Assembly (NCBI GenBank): GCA_951406725.2
Contig: OX597835.1
Location: forward strand, 11,222,001 to 11,286,000
Direction of reading: 5' to 3'
Source of the DNA: Octopus vulgaris
Taxonomy: Eukaryota
Length of the DNA: 64,000 bases
The position numbers and the translations under genes were made by a program. The notes under the pieces are model-generated. The model saw only the letters and a program-made list of their open reading frames with translations. It was not told the origin of the DNA and did not search any database. Positions 51,566 to 64,000 of this stretch are shown piece after piece. The stretch's first letter is position 1. The number at the start of each line of letters is the position of its first letter.

Positions 51566-51785
51566 CAAGTAATGTGGTGAGCTAGCAGAATGGTTAGCAT
51601 GCAGGGAAAAATGCTTAGAGGTATTTTGTCAGCCTTTTATATTCTGAGTTCAAATTCTGCCGAGGTCAACTTTACCTTTCATCCTTTCAGCATCAATAAA
51701 GTAAGTACCTGTTGAGTACTGTGGTTGATATAATCAAGTTACCCCTCCCCCAAGTTTCACACCATGTACCTGTAGTAAAAAGGAT
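51346..51785 (+). mobile_element. Two short-variant family A SINEs with (ATT)n tails
   Basis: Heads at about 51346 and 51575, both with the GCCTTTCATCCTTTC-type core. Confidence 0.75.
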
Positions 51786-51810
51786 TATTATTATTATTAT
51801 TATTATTATT

Positions 51811-52436
51811 GAGTGAGAGAGCAGTGCATGCCATCAAAGTGACACTGGGGTAAAATATACGAAGCCCAGTATACCCATCATGACTACCCGTCTGATAAGG
51901 GTACACTAGGCACATGTATCACAACCATATGTGTACGACATGGTGATCTCATATCAAGATAAACAGCACATGACCTTGCAGGTGGGGCCCAGTTAGAATT
52001 TTCTTCTGGTCGAGTATCCCATCCCGCTCAAAAGGTCCCTGAATAAGGTTTGTTTTAAGGATGTTGAACGAACCACCCATGCTTCCAAAGGTGAATTATC
52101 CAAACTTCTAAGAATCCCTCTCAACACATGGCTATGATGCTCCCCACTACTTCTGCTTGTGATCAGAGATGCACATATTGTCAGCCACTAAGGGACATGC
52201 TCAACTGGTTAAGGTCAAACAACTGACAAGCAAATCTGTGGTATTGAGCAGAATATTTGCTGTAACCCATCTTTTATACCAAGACAAAACAATGTACATG
52301 ATAACACTTCCAATCAGTTAAGATCAGAAGCCATGAGAGCCACTGCCTGGTACTGTATCAGGGCATATTGATGCTCCCCCACTACTTCTGCTCGTGATCA
52401 GAGATGCACCTATCATCAGCCACTAAGGGACATGCT
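51811..52436 (-). mobile_element. Unclassified retroelement-like repeat ending in (AAT)n
   Basis: GC-richer block abutting (ATT)n, with an internal duplication of TGATGCTCCCCCACTACTTCTGC...GGGACATGCTC. No coding motif recognised. Confidence 0.4.
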
Positions 52437-53221
52437 CTTAACCACTACGCCATATGCCCATCTAAATAATGTACATAATTCCTCCTCTCTTAAATATATG
52501 TATGTGTTTGTAAGTGTATGTATGTGTCTGTATTTGTTCCCCACCAGTGCTTGACAAGGTGTAGTTACATCCTTGAAACTTAGTGGTCCAGCAAAATAAA
52601 CTGACAGAATAAGTACTGGGGTCAGTTCATTCGACTAACACCCTTTAGGGCAGTGCCTCAGCATGGCCACAGTCAATTGACTGAAACAAGTAAAAGATAA
52701 AATATAAGAACAGTAATGAGGTCATAGCACAAGTCTGTCCTTTGGCGCTGATTCTTGTGATGTACGAAATGTTTTTATTGATATTTGAACATCAAAAGAT
52801 TTCGTTTTAAATGAGATAAAACCTGCTAAATATTAAATATTTCAATATTTCTTCAGAAATTGAAAGCAAATTATGAAACCCAATTTAGGTAAAAATTGCC
52901 AATTTTTTAAAAGAATTTTATGGCATTATTTGTAGGCAAATAAGTAAGAAAAATGGTAATATTCAATATTTCTAAAGCTTTTACTGTGTCAGTAATAATT
53001 AATTACTTTTGCGTGGCCTTAATTAAAGTTCAAAGGGAAGCTTATTGGGCTTGACTCGTAGTTTATCGTAAAAATGGTTTCACTGAAGAATCTGTTGGGG
53101 GAGTGTGTTTGACTAAAAGAAGAGCTGGGAAGTATCAGAGACCTATATGTATGTATATATATATATATATACATAGGTCTATGATATTGTGTGTATGTGT
53201 GTGTGTGTATGTCATATCATG

Positions 53222-53639
53222 ATCATCATCGTTTAACGTCTGCTTTCCATGCTAGCATAGGTTGGATGGTTCGACCGGGGTCTGGGAAGCCAGGAGGCTG
53301 TACCAGGCTCCAGTCTGATCTGCCAGTGTTTCTACAGCTGATGCCCTTCCTAACGCCAACCACTCCGTGAGTGTAGTGGGTGCTTTTTACGTGCCAGGGT
53401 AGGCTGGCAGTGGTCACAGTTGGTTGGTGCTTTTTACATGCCACCAGCACAGATATATATATTTATATATATATATACATACGTACACACATATATATAT
53501 AAATATATATATACATGCATATATACATACATACATATATATACATATACATATATACATACATACATATATGTGTAAATATATATATACACACACATAC
53601 ACATTCATACACACACATGTGTGTGCATGTATATGTGTG

Positions 53640-53696
<57 letters not shown>

Positions 53697-54140
53697 TTAT
53701 CATCATCTTCTTCACTTAACATCCGTTTTCCATGCTGCCATGGGTTGGACAGTTCGACACGAGTTGACCAACTGAAGGGCTGTTGAGGCTCTGTATCTGT
53801 TTCACCATGGTCTCTGCAGTTGGATGCCCTTCCTAATGCCAACTGCTTTACAGAGTGTACCAGGTGCTTTTATGCAGCACCAGTATGGGAGATTTTTACA
53901 TGGCACCATCAAGCCTGCAAGGTTAGGAATACTCAGCCAAAGAGGGATTCAGGTGACAACCTGCATACAAAAGCAACCACACTTTTACTCAGCTTGATGT
54001 GTCTTTCCATGCACAGAAAACTGCCAGGGGCCTCAGTCCCCTATCATCCCCTTGTGAGCCCTAACATCTTTACATCCTTTCTCACCACTTTGTTCAACAT
54101 CTTCCTAGGCCTACCCCTTTCATGTGTTCCCTCTACAATT
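53222..54140 (-). mobile_element. RTE-LINE 3' fragments
   Basis: Family tails at 53222-53450 and from 53700. ORF end IVEGTHERGRPRKMLNKVVRKDVKMLGL near 54050-54140. Confidence 0.75.
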
Positions 54141-54537
54141 TGAGATCAGCACTCCCTAATGTTGCTGTCTTGAATATGTATGTGTATGTGGGCAAGTTAG
54201 CAGAAACGTTAGCATGCCAGGCAAAATGCTTAGCAATTTGCAACGACCTCGAACCCACAAGTGTAAACAAGAGAGACAGAGAAAGGCAGAAACAAGGAAA
54301 ATGCCACTTATATTTGAACACTATACAAATATTCTTTTAAAAAAAACTTTTCTTTTAATTTTTCTAAATTTAATTTTTTTAATTGTTACAGTTGAAAAGG
54401 TCTCAAATGACTGAAACCGGTACTGAAATGTTCTTTATAAAATTATTTTAGCATTTTCTATCTTGACTTGTTTTTTCATATATATCAACTCAAGTGTTAC
54501 TTTTTATCCTTATACATACATATATTTTTTTTTTTTT

Positions 54538-54975
54538 GTTTAACGTCTGTTTTCCACGCTAGCACGGGTTGGAAGGTTCGACCGGGGTCTAGGGAGCCAG
54601 GGGCTGCCCCAGGCTCCAGTCTGATCTGGCAGTGTTTCTACAGCTGGATGCCCTTCCTAATGCCAACCAATCCGCGAGTGTAGTGGGTGCTTTTTACGTG
54701 CCACCTGCACAAGTGCCAGAGGGGTCTGGCATCGACCACGATCGGTTGGTGCTTTTTATATGTGCCACCGGCACAGAAGCCAGTCAAGGCGGTGCTGGCA
54801 TCGGCCACGTTCGGATGGTGCTTTTTATGTGCCACCGGCACAGAAGCCATTCGAGGCAGGGTTGGCATCGGTCACGTTCGGGTGGTGCTTTTTATGTGTC
54901 ACCGGCACAGGTATCACAACTACTGTTTCCATTGATATTTGGTTCGATGTTCATGTACATGCACTTGACTCAACA
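54538..54975 (-). mobile_element. RTE-LINE 3' UTR fragment
   Basis: Reverse family tail with divergent minisatellite units. Confidence 0.8.
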
Positions 54976-55869
54976 CATATATATATATAATATATATATA
55001 CGCATATATACATGCATGTATATATACACATATATGTATACATATATACATATACATATATATATATATAATCAAAATAAGCAACAAGAATGACTCTGGT
55101 AATTTGGTACAATCGTTTCGTACTACATCATTTTATTAAATATTGTAAGTATTACAACAGATTTAAGATGTTGAGTACTCATCAGCCAATTATAGAGGTT
55201 TTCCATTAATACAAAAGTTTTCAAATCAAGTGGCAACATTATAGAGAAGGCAGATATACAGACAGAGATGTAAGATTTAAATTTCAAGAATATTATTATA
55301 TATATATATATATGTATACACACACACATATTTATGTATGCATCTATATACTGCACACACACAGAATTCGTATATGTATGTATATATGCCAAAAGATTGG
55401 CAGACAGAGACACACAGACACAGACACACATTATTATTATGCGCTGCACATAATATGCAAATGATGTATTTTATTAATTTATATGCAGATGCATTGAATC
55501 AATCTAAAAGTTGATAAAGTGCTTGAAGAACAAAGTAATTCTAATGTGGTGTCAATGGGGAAGATATTGGACCAAATTCCAGCCGGAATGGCACTCACCA
55601 TTTTAACTACTTTAATCTTTTTTACATTTACACGAAATGACTTTGTTTCAAAGATCATAAACTTGTGTTTAGTCCTAATTGACCCGTCAATAAATATTTT
55701 ATATACAAAAAAATTGGTATAAAATATGTTTTATATATATATCCCATGTTGTTGGCACTTGGGTACTCTCTTAGAACTATCAAATTATGTGATGGCTAGG
55801 AATCACTAACACATACACATACACATGGCATATATATTTGTGTGTGTATATATATATTTATATATACAC

Positions 55870-56100
55870 AGCGGCAAGCTGGCAGAAACGTTAGCATGCC
55901 GGGCGACCTGCGTAGCCGTATTTCGTCTGTCGTTACGTTCCGAGTTCAAATTCCGCCAAGGTCGACTTTGCCTTTCATCCTTTTGGGGTCGATAAATTAA
56001 GTACCAGTTATGCACTGGGGTCGATGTAATCGACTTAATACCTATGTCTGTCCTTGTTCGTCCCCTCTGTGTTTAGCCCCTTGTGGGTAATAAAGATATA
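55870..56100 (+). mobile_element. SINE family A, full length
   Basis: Colinear with 11230-11453. Confidence 0.85.
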
Positions 56101-56291
56101 AGTGTATATATATATTTATATATATACACGCACACACATGTATACATGTATACACACACATAAACACACACAACATATATATATTTGTGTATAAATTTAT
56201 ATAAATAAGGATAAGGTCATTATTTAAATACTGATTTTATCAGGTGACCAGCATGGGAATAAAAACCTTCAAAGGTAATAATTATTTTTAG

Positions 56292-56482
56292 AATTGTAAT
56301 TTAGGGTATCTAAAAGATTCCAACTCCACTGGAAATAGCAGCCAAAGCTTGACTCTAAAACCACATTAAATGTTCATACAGGAGAGTGCTGTATGAACAT
56401 TTAATGTGGTTTTAGAGTCAAATTTTGGCTGCTATTTCCAGCAGGGTTGGTATCTCTTAGATACCTAAATTAAATTATAATT
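56292..56482. repeat. Long hairpin abutting (TA)n
   Basis: CTGGAAATAGCAGCCAAA..TTGACTCTAAAACCACATTAAATGTTCATACAG, loop GAGAGTG, then the reverse complement. Confidence 0.9.
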
Positions 56483-56671
56483 ATATATATGTGTATATAT
56501 ATATATATATATATCATCATCATCATCATCACCATCATGGCATGGGTGGGATATGTATTTCTGTATGTATGTATGTGTATATATGTATATATATATATAT
56601 AATGATTCCTATATATATATATATATATATACACACAAATACATATATATATGTTTGTGTATGTAATAAAA

Positions 56672-56749
<78 letters not shown>

Positions 56750-57140
56750 TGTATGCATGTGTGCTTTAAGTGCACCATTTAACCCTTCATAACTTTTTAA
56801 TTTTTTAGAATTTTCAGGAAATTTTGTATATTTGTATTGTACATTTGGGAATTCAAAGGACTATGAAAAAAAATTTTTTTTTCTATTTTGCGAATATTTA
56901 AAAAACAGACCGTTTCTTTTTTGAATTTTTTAAAGATCAGAGTTTAAAATACAAACAATTTGAATTTTTTGCTTAATAGATTATGAAATGTGTTTATGGA
57001 GTGAAAGATGTTGAAAGACATTGATACATCAGAAATGACAAGACACAAAGAGGGTATCAGGTATTCATGTGATGTGCTAAAACTAGCAGCTGAATAGACC
57101 CTAAATCACGCACAAAATTTTTTTTTTTTTTGCATAATCA

Positions 57141-57545
57141 TAGGCGCAGGAGTGGCTGTGTGGTAAGTAGCTTGCTTACCAACCACATGGTTCTGGGTTC
57201 AGTCCCACTGCGTGGCATCTTGGGCAAGTGTCTTCTGCAATAGCCCCAGGCCAACCAATGCCTTGTGAGTAAATTTGGTAGATGGAAACTGAAAGAAGCC
57301 TGTTGTATATATATATATATGTATGTGTTTGTGTCTGTGCTTGTCCCCCTAGCATTGCTTGACAACCGATGCTGACAACCGATGCTGGTGTGTTTACGTC
57401 CCCGTCACTTAACGGTTCGGCAAAAGAGACCGATAGAATAAGTACTGGGCTTACAAAGAATAAGTCCCGGGGTCGATTTGCTCGATTAAAGGTGGTGCTC
57501 CAGCATGGCTGCAGTCAAATGACTGAAACAAGTAAGAGTGAAAGA
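57141..57545 (+). mobile_element. SINE family B, full length
   Basis: Colinear with 13384-13795. Lies between degenerate inverted repeats at about 56785-56855 and 57556-57625, possibly an old foldback element. Confidence 0.85.
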
Positions 57546-58049
57546 GTAATCATAAGAATTCCCATCCACAAAAGACAAATTTACAAAAATTTCTGAAAAT
57601 TCCAAAAAATAAATGTGCTATGAGGAACTTTATGACTCGTTCAAAGCAGAATTTCTCCATATGTATATACAAGCAACTCCGCCCCCCGTTCAATGGGTGG
57701 TGCTGAGTTGTCAAACATTTAAACCAAATTTTCTCAAAACAACTTGTCCTACCATCCCATAGGCCTCCCCTTTGAGAAACACTGATTTAACCTAAACTTG
57801 AGACACCAGCAAAAGGAGAAATAAAGATAGACTTTTTTTCTATTCCAAATGAAAGCGATTTTATTCACACAAATATGCAACCGAAGAGTTTAAAGCACCT
57901 GTAATGATAATGCTGTTGACTGGGAGAACACAAACATGGTTTAAACAGTAAGCTTGGCAGGAAAGAAACGTGCCTTTAAGCAGTACAAAAACAACAAAAA
58001 ATGGAAGATGCAGTTATGTACAGGTTGACGGAAGAAAAGCAGGACAAAA

Positions 58050-58223
58050 GTGGCTTTATCGATTGCATTTCACTGGAATCGATTTTTGTAATTCTTTCAA
58101 GACTTATACACACCATGATACCATTGGTATCTACATATCAAATTTGAGTGCAATCGGATGGAGGATGCCCAAGATCCAAGAAGACAGACACACAGACAGA
58201 CAGAACAGATTATATATAAGAGA
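58050..58223 (-). mobile_element. Helitron-like 5' fragment
   Basis: Minus strand A|TCTCTTATATATAA, (GTCT)n and CATCCGATTGCACTCAAATTTG. Same layout as the 5' end at 35161. Confidence 0.55.
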
Positions 58224-59189
58224 TTTGTGTCTGTGTGTGTGCATGTGTGCACAGACTAGCCAAGTGAGTAGTTATGTAAAGAAGATAACTGCACTGCTAT
58301 GGACATGTGAGGAACTGGAGCTTGGTTAGTGAATGAAAATGTGCTGTGTTTTTAATATTTTAGAAGAATTGCACTGAGAAGACAGTCAAAGAATTGTCAT
58401 TTTGCCGTTTTCTGCCAACATAAATTCAAATCAGCAGATTGGGACAATAATCCATGCCATATAGTTGAACATAGCTTATACATACTTGTCTGACCTCCAC
58501 AACAACTGTAGCCATTGCTTTCAAGTACTTCAAGTACTGTTCAGCCTGTGAGTTTTGTTTCTGTAGAGATGGAATTAATATCAGAATATATGATTGATGC
58601 ATGGCATACAAAGATCTAGAAATAAATACTGTGACTTTCAGTATCTCTTTGCACTTGAACTGAAATTAGAAGAAACAGCATGAATAAATGAATAAAATGA
58701 ACACATGACTAAAAAAGAAAAAAAAAAAAGTACTTTGCTTTCTTTTCCTTTCGGAACAGCTTGGCTAATATTTAGTACCAATATTTATTTTTGTACTGCT
58801 CTGTTTTTAGTCCTTTCAAAATGGTAAAAAAAAATAATCTGATATTGAAGGAACTATCTGTAAAGTTGCTGTGATGTCTTTTGATATTCCTAATTATTTC
58901 ATTATAAATACTATGATAATTCTTAACACCTGGTTCTTTTAATAATGTCTAATGCTTCTTCCCCAACATCTGAAAATGTATAAAGCATATCAGGCCTATT
59001 TCATTATAACTTCTTTGACATTCACCTGAAGCCAAATTAGCCCAAATTGGCATTTCTACTGAGCAAATGCAATTTGATGCTTTTAATGAACAGTTCTGTT
59101 GCAAGTATTGTTGTCATAGTTTTTAAAAAAATTTACATATATATGTATATATATATATGTTAGCTTTCCTTTGATATTGCTGCATCTTT

Positions 59190-60392
59190 TATGTGTCCAT
59201 AGTTTTTGTATGTGGCAGATGCTCAGGAGCAATAAACACTGAAAATGTGCAGAGAACAACTTCTGCCACATTCCAAGGAGAAAAACTAGAAGTAGTTGAT
59301 AGCTTCTGTTACCTAGGTGACCAAGTCAGTAGCGGGAGAGGGTGCGCTGAAAGTGTAGCTGCTAGAATAAGTATAGCCTGGGCAAAGTTCATAGAGCTCT
59401 TACCTCTGCTGGTGACAAAGAACCTCTCGCTCAGAGTAAAAGGTAGACTGTATGACGCATGTGTACAAACAGCCATGCTACATGGCAGTGAAACATGGGC
59501 CATGACTGCTGAGGGTATGCATAAGCTCACAAGGAATGAAGCCAGTAGGATCCGATGAATGTGTAATGTCAGTGTGCATACTCGACAGAGTATTTGTACC
59601 TTGAGAGAAAAGTTGGACTTAAGAAGCATCAGATGTGGTGTGCAAGAGAGGCGACTGCACTGGTATGGCCATGTGGCAAGAATGGATGAGGATAGCAGTG
59701 TGAAAAAGTGCCACACCCTAGCGGTTGAGGAAACCTGTGGAAGAGGTAGACCCAGGAAGACCTGGGATGAGGTGGTGAAGCATGACCTTTGAACATTGGG
59801 CCTCACCGAGGCAATGACTAGTGACCGGGACCTTTGAAAATATGCTGTGCTTGAGAAGACTCGGCAAGCCAAATGAGACCATAACCTCATAGCCTATACC
59901 AGGGGTGTAACCAGCCCACTTATGCATACCTTTCCTTCATTGGACACAAACTCTGCTTGTGAAGACCTGTTGAGGCAAGTGAAATCAAAATCAAATTCAA
60001 TGACTGGCATCCATGCTAGTAGAGCGCTAAGAGTACCATACAAGCATGATGGTTGCCAGAGCAACAAGCTGGCTTCTGTGCCAGTGGCATGTAAAAAGCA
60101 CCATTCGAGTGTGATCGTTACCTGCATCGCCTTACTGGCACTTGTGCTGGTGGCATGTGAAAAAACATTCGAGCGTGGCCTTTGCCAGCACCGCCTGACT
60201 GGTCCTCGTGCCGGTGGCACATATAAGCACCCACTACACTCTCTGAGTGGTTTGTGTTAGGAAGAGCATCCAGCTGTAGAAACTTTGCCAGATCAGATTG
60301 AGCCTGGTGCAGCCTCTGCCTCACCATTCTTCAGTCAAACTGTCCAACCCATGCTAGCATGGAAAGCAGACGTTAAACAATGATGATGATGA
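59190..60392 (+). mobile_element. 5'-truncated RTE-clade LINE (C-terminal ORF2 pseudogene plus 3' UTR and (GAT)n tail)
   Basis: LEVVDSFCYLGD..ARISIAWAKF..KGRLYDACVQTAMLHGSETW..RRLHWYGHVARMDED..GRGRPRKTWDEVVKHDL, with in-frame stops. Confidence 0.93.
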
Positions 60393-60419
60393 TATATCAG
60401 TAATGAAGGTGACTTGTCC

Positions 60420-62950
60420 TTTTAATTTACAACCACAGAGTAATTTTACAAGAGAATTTCTTTCTGAATTTAATTCACTGACATTTCCCTTTTGTCCTGA
60501 TGATTCTTATACGTTTCATACTTGCTGTGAAATTGCATTCTGTTACCAAAATTTGTTTCTGGTATAATATGGAGTTGAGTTAAAGTGATGAATTACTCCA
60601 TTCATCGCTAAATTGCAACAAATCAGTTCCTTGTAAATTGAGGGCCATTTTCTAAGACCAGAATAATAAAGTTGAAAACAGAAACTGTAATTATTTGATT
60701 ATTTCTTTTGTGGAATTGTCAAGGTGCCGTAAGATAGCTTTTCAGTAGATATGGTTGAAATATATGACAAACAGGAATTGATTAACTGTTCAATATTTTG
60801 ATTGATTTTTAGGCTAACAAAACATTGTATAAATTAAATGGTTTGTCTTTGAATACCCAAATGGCACTTGTCTGCTATATTTACCTCCCACTCCCCCCAC
60901 CCCTTTCTCTTCACTGTATACTACGAGGCTTCTTTTGTTGGTAAGTTCCATTTTTATACCTTCATAGTTCCAACTGTTAGTGAGAATGGCTTTTTGTGTT
61001 ACCTGCTATTCAGAAGCATCTTTTCAGCATACCATTATTTCTGACAAGCATATTAGACCTAAGAACAACGCTATTGGCTGTTAACGGATTTATGAAATGT
61101 GCAGTAATAGTGTTTCCAATATTTATGCTTAAAATATTGGTAAATCTTCTCAATGGAACTGCCATATTTACTTCACTTCTGATACTCTGAATAGAAAAGT
61201 TGCATGGCTGAATTGAGAAGCTCCTTTGAAAAATCTGGGCTAGTAGTTTACCCTTAACTGTTGTTGAACTGCTGAGAGGTTTTATCTTTATTGAAGATTA
61301 TTGTAAATTATTTACCATGGAACTAGATTCTGGAATATCACACATTCTCATACAACACTTCTTTTATTTAATTATATATTTTTTTTTTGCGTGTGTGTGT
61401 GTGTGTGTTTGTTTCCATTAATGTTTTGGAACCAAGAGAAATGATTTTTATGAATTCCTGATTGTTAGCGATAAAATAGTATCTAAATCAACTTGGCTAG
61501 CATTCAACATTATTTCTCCTGCTGGTTTATCGTTAGAACATGTCACAATTGATTGTCTTGAAATTGGTTCCTTCATTTCATTAAAAGATCCTTTTTTTTC
61601 TCTTTTCTTTTCTTTTTTTTTTATCTATTTATCTGATTCATCCCTTTCTCATTTTTCTTCTGCCATTTGTCATTTTGGTGAATTTTTTTTTTTAGTTTTT
61701 TGTTACTGGAACAAGAATGAATTGCACCCAATAATTTGGTAATTCACAGGATCTGCATAATTCAGTTTCATTCATTGCATACTGAAGCTGTTTGATTGCA
61801 CTGACTTCCGAGGGGCTTGGTTTGATGCTGTATGCTAAAATGGAAAAGCACTTTCAACATCTGATTCTTTATATTTTGTTGCAAGCTTATGATGTTTTTT
61901 TTTTCTCTTTTCAATGTTGTTGTTGGCTACTTTTTAGTGTTTTATCATCCTATTTCCCTGATTTTCAACATGTCACTACATTGTCTCAGAAGTTGTGGAT
62001 GTTGGGTTGATTTCCAAAAGAAAGGTTTGGATATCGTTGTCAAAATTCTTCAAACTAATTCAAAATAAATTGTGGGAGGCCTTTAAACTTTTCGATGTTA
62101 AGGTTATGTTATGTAAATCTAGATGTGGTTCTGTTTGATTAATTCGTTCCAAAGTCTAAATTTTACTCTGCGTTATTATTCTTGGATACCTTTGCATTTT
62201 GGAACTGAAAACTGCTTCATCTCAACACAAAGCTGTAGAATATGATACTTTATTGGTTCTATAATCATTGCAGAGATCCAAAATGTTAGACCACTTACCT
62301 CATCAATCACATTGAATGATAGTAATGTATCAACAACTTTAACATTCAAATCATTTATTTTGTGGATTTCTGAAAGTTCCATTGACAATATGGACAGTTT
62401 CCCTTAAACAACCTGTTTTTAGTGGTGAATTTTGCAACAATGGTCCAACCACTTCACATCTAATTCCACAAGTAATCCTGCAATATAACAGAATTATTCA
62501 CTTGGTGATACAAAACCAGAGCTCCACATTTTTGTGTTGCATCTGTAAAGTTGTGGGTTTCAGCTTTTCCATTTTCTTCATTTCAAAAGTTTCTCCACAA
62601 ATTATGTCACGGAATATGCTGGAATCTATGAAGCTGAATTTTAATTCGACTTGATCAATTATTGAGTGAGGAAACCATTCATTATGGAACATTGTGAATA
62701 AAAATTCCTTGGCATAATTAGATTCTTCACCTTCGTGTGGGAGAAGAATGTTCAGTTTTGAAATAGCTTTTCTTATGCGAGTAAATACTGATCTCCAAAT
62801 ACATATACAGGGTGTGGATGGTATCCATTTGCATGATGACTGTCCCAGGAAAAATGAAACAGTGTTTTTATTTTTTGAGGTATATTTGCCAAATTTGGGT
62901 CAGTTTGTCTTCGTGACATCTTCCATCAATCTCACTCAACAATCTTGCCT
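60420..62950 (-). mobile_element. Highly decayed Ty3/Gypsy LTR-retrotransposon pol (protease, RT, integrase)
   Basis: Protease VELKFSFIDSS..IICGETF..KLKPTTLQ (about 62670-62540). RT N-terminus VDTLLSFNVIDEVSGLTFWISAMIIEP....LQLCVEMKQ (about 62340-62210). Integrase LVLENGPQFT..NGVIHHFNSTPYY (about 60660-60560). Order PR-RT-IN. Confidence 0.75.
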
Positions 62951-62954
62951 TTGA

Positions 62955-63612
62955 CCTCAATGACAGTCTCCACGTGACCTCAGAACCTGCCACAAGCTTT
63001 TGTCTCTGTCTCCTGTTTTAGGCCCCTGAAGGCCCTGGTAATCCTGGCTTTCTGCTTTTCCTTGCTGTAGCTAGATTTGTTGGTCTCTCATTCCACCATT
63101 CCCCACACAATAAAGTCAAAGGGTTTGTAATCAAGTAAGTTGGGAAGCCAAACGTTAGGTGCAACGTGATTAAAAAAAATTTCTCCAACAGCTGGGCCTG
63201 GGTCTTCCAGTTGGTGTGGCAGGGCTCAGAGTCTTGCTGCCACATGTTCTGCCTCCCTACCTGGTCAGTCTAGGGTTTCACTAACTCACTCAGAACATGG
63301 GTGTAGCCATTGGCGTTCAGCCTGAGGCTCTCAGGCTCTCAGGGAAGAAGTGAGGTGGCTTGGCATCACCTTCAGTGCTGACAACACCAAAGACCATGGC
63401 TGTTGGTGGAAATTTCACCTACATGACAGTGGGCATGTCTTTGGGTGGACAGCAAACCACCTGCTGTTCTGAGAGTTAATCTTCTGGACTTAGCAGAAAT
63501 TCTTCTCCTCAAAGAACCACAGCATGTCTAGTTCCAGCAAGTGTTTCAACTTGTCGATCAACTTCTTGGTGTGCTTGAATCACTTTTCTTGCATTGCCTT
63601 GAACAGAAATTA
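62955..63612 (-). mobile_element. Decayed maT/DD37D-like transposase fragment
   Basis: KKLIDKLKH..LWFF.EKNF, MVFGVVSTEGD..PPHFFP, WQQDSEPCHT and W.PNLLDYKPFDFIVWG. Related to 5907-7467. Confidence 0.85.
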
Positions 63613-63903
63613 TCCTTTACTCTTTACTCTTTTACTTGTTTCAGTCATTTGACTGCAGCCATGCTGGAGCACCGCCTTTAGTCGAGCACATCAGTCCTAG
63701 GACTTTGGCCACAGTCAAAACGACTGAAGCAAATATAGAAATAAAGGAATGTGTGTGTGTGTGTGTGTGTGTGTTTACTACAGAAAATAGTGGAATTTTT
63801 GAATGCAGGATCACCGTGAAGACAGCTTAGAAAATCTGGTAAATGCCTTTTAGAAGATAGAAAAGTGGCAAAGAAGTCTCTGCAGAGAATCGAACCTTGT
63901 ACC

Positions 63904-64000
63904 TCTCAGAACGTAGCGGCAGACGAAATACCTATTTCTTTACTACCCACAAGGGGTTAAACACAGAGAGGACAAACAAGGACAGACAAACGGATTAAGT
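63904..64000 (-). mobile_element. SINE family A tandem junction, cut by the window end
   Basis: GACGAAATAC|CTATTTCTTTACTACCCACAAGGGG, as at 41160. Confidence 0.8.

Noticed and set aside
58485-58560. Minus-strand exon KQNSQAEQYLKYLKAMATVVVE
   Set aside because: Plausible acceptor but weak donor and no recognisable homology. It may be decayed mobile DNA.
62498-62900. Parvovirus NS1 or SF3 helicase endogenous viral element (KNKNTVSFFLGQSSCK...FRDIICGETF)
   Set aside because: There is no intact GKS/T Walker A. The same stretch fits a Gypsy protease and is followed by RT and integrase motifs.

Overview
AT-rich, microsatellite-saturated animal genomic DNA. The repeat families and composition suggest a coleoid cephalopod such as Octopus (inference). 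Only one host coding exon is securely identifiable: a 121-nt plus-strand exon (47290-47410) encoding the catalytic CX5RT motif of a SAC-domain phosphoinositide phosphatase, most like INPP5F/SAC2. The rest of the window therefore appears to be two very long introns. A candidate nested antisense gene has a first coding exon at 3921-3677. The introns contain several tRNA-derived SINE families, many 5'-truncated RTE LINE copies, decayed Tc1/mariner/maT transposons, piggyBac-type MITEs, non-autonomous Helitrons, a decayed Ty3/Gypsy pol and a Crypton-like palindromic element. The most unusual signal is a set of hammerhead-ribozyme-like motifs in at least five unrelated repeat families. These include a tRNA-headed SINE-like element with a hammerhead and an inverted terminal copy (32181-32570), and a hammerhead whose three strands are in a non-circularly permuted order (259-323). 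Several long hairpins also sit inside (TA)n tracts. Nearly all ORFs in the supplied track are microsatellite or repeat artefacts. Repeat boundaries were read by eye and are approximate.
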